From Perkinsus chesapeaki ATCC PRA-425 (taxonomy: Eukaryota > Protista > Perkinsozoa), in contig JAAPAO010000023.1 of NCBI GenBank assembly GCA_013115145.1, positions 65,438 to 129,437 of the forward strand: a stretch of DNA of 64,000 nucleotides, in the 5' to 3' direction. The notes under the pieces were generated by a model that saw only the letters and a list, made by a program, of their open reading frames with translations, ran no database searches and was not told the DNA's origin. The position numbers and the translations under genes were made by a program. Below, one piece after another: positions 63,713-64,000 of the stretch (position 1 is the stretch's first letter; each line of letters opens with the position of its first letter).

Positions 63713-64000
63713 ATGCCGTCCGAGCAGTTCCCTCAGAAGTACGATCGTGTGTATAACTTCAGCGCTGGTCCATGTTGCCTCCCTATTGAGGTAAGCTGGA
63801 GCTTATTTATGTATTTAATTGTTTAATCTCTTATCAGGTCCTCCAACAAGCTCAAGAGGAGATGCTTAACTGGCATGGATGTGGTATGTCCGTGATGGAG
63901 ATGAGTCATCGTGGAAAAGAATATACTTCAATTATCGAGGCGGCTGAGGCCGACCTTCGTGAGGTTTTGAATATCCCCGATAACTTCAAGGTCATCTTCT
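63713..64000 (+). CDS. serC: Phosphoserine aminotransferase, 5' part
   Basis: Reads [15 protein letters not shown]|[29 protein letters not shown]; runs off the window. Confidence 0.95.

Noticed and set aside
1-64000. Spliced-leader (CCGTAGCCAT(C/T)TTGGCTCAAG) genes or relics
   Set aside because: No match noticed by eye on either strand.
48321-64000. Nitrogen-metabolism gene cluster (two GSIII plus serC)
   Set aside because: Separated by unrelated genes; adjacency of common enzymes is not evidence of a cluster.

Overview
Eukaryotic, gene-dense window from an alveolate protist, most likely a Perkinsus-type perkinsozoan. This is inferred from two alveolin genes, an SF-assemblin and many short 40-55 nt GT-AG introns; it was not confirmed by any search. 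Most real genes are split by introns, so the six-frame ORF track is largely fragments or shadows. Gene order: WD40 (WDR89-like); two large intron-poor orphan genes; four PHO80/cyclin-P-like cyclins; ZSWIM2-like; two alveolins; U2AF65-like; choline/ethanolamine kinase; YIF1; orphan; CCT7; PRP38B-like; peroxisomal SLC25 carrier; secreted orphan; glutamine synthetase III (minus); RPL36; a four-snoRNA cluster; glutamine synthetase III (plus); small secreted orphan; tRNA-Pro(AGG); TAF12-like; SF-assemblin; orphan; ALY/REF; start of phosphoserine aminotransferase. Best leads: (1) an exact 11-mer, CTTCGCTCCGC, found 8 times, always inside introns and in both orientations; (2) two box C/D plus two H/ACA snoRNAs with readable LSU rRNA guides; (3) a likely intron formed from an antisense tRNA 3'-half flanked by a 6-bp direct repeat; (4) divergent GSIII paralogs sharing only 1 of 11 intron positions; (5) a ~909-codon orphan membrane-protein frame broken by one TGA; (6) an 18-bp sequence shared by two divergent promoters. 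Exon boundaries were read by eye; treat gene ends as approximate.
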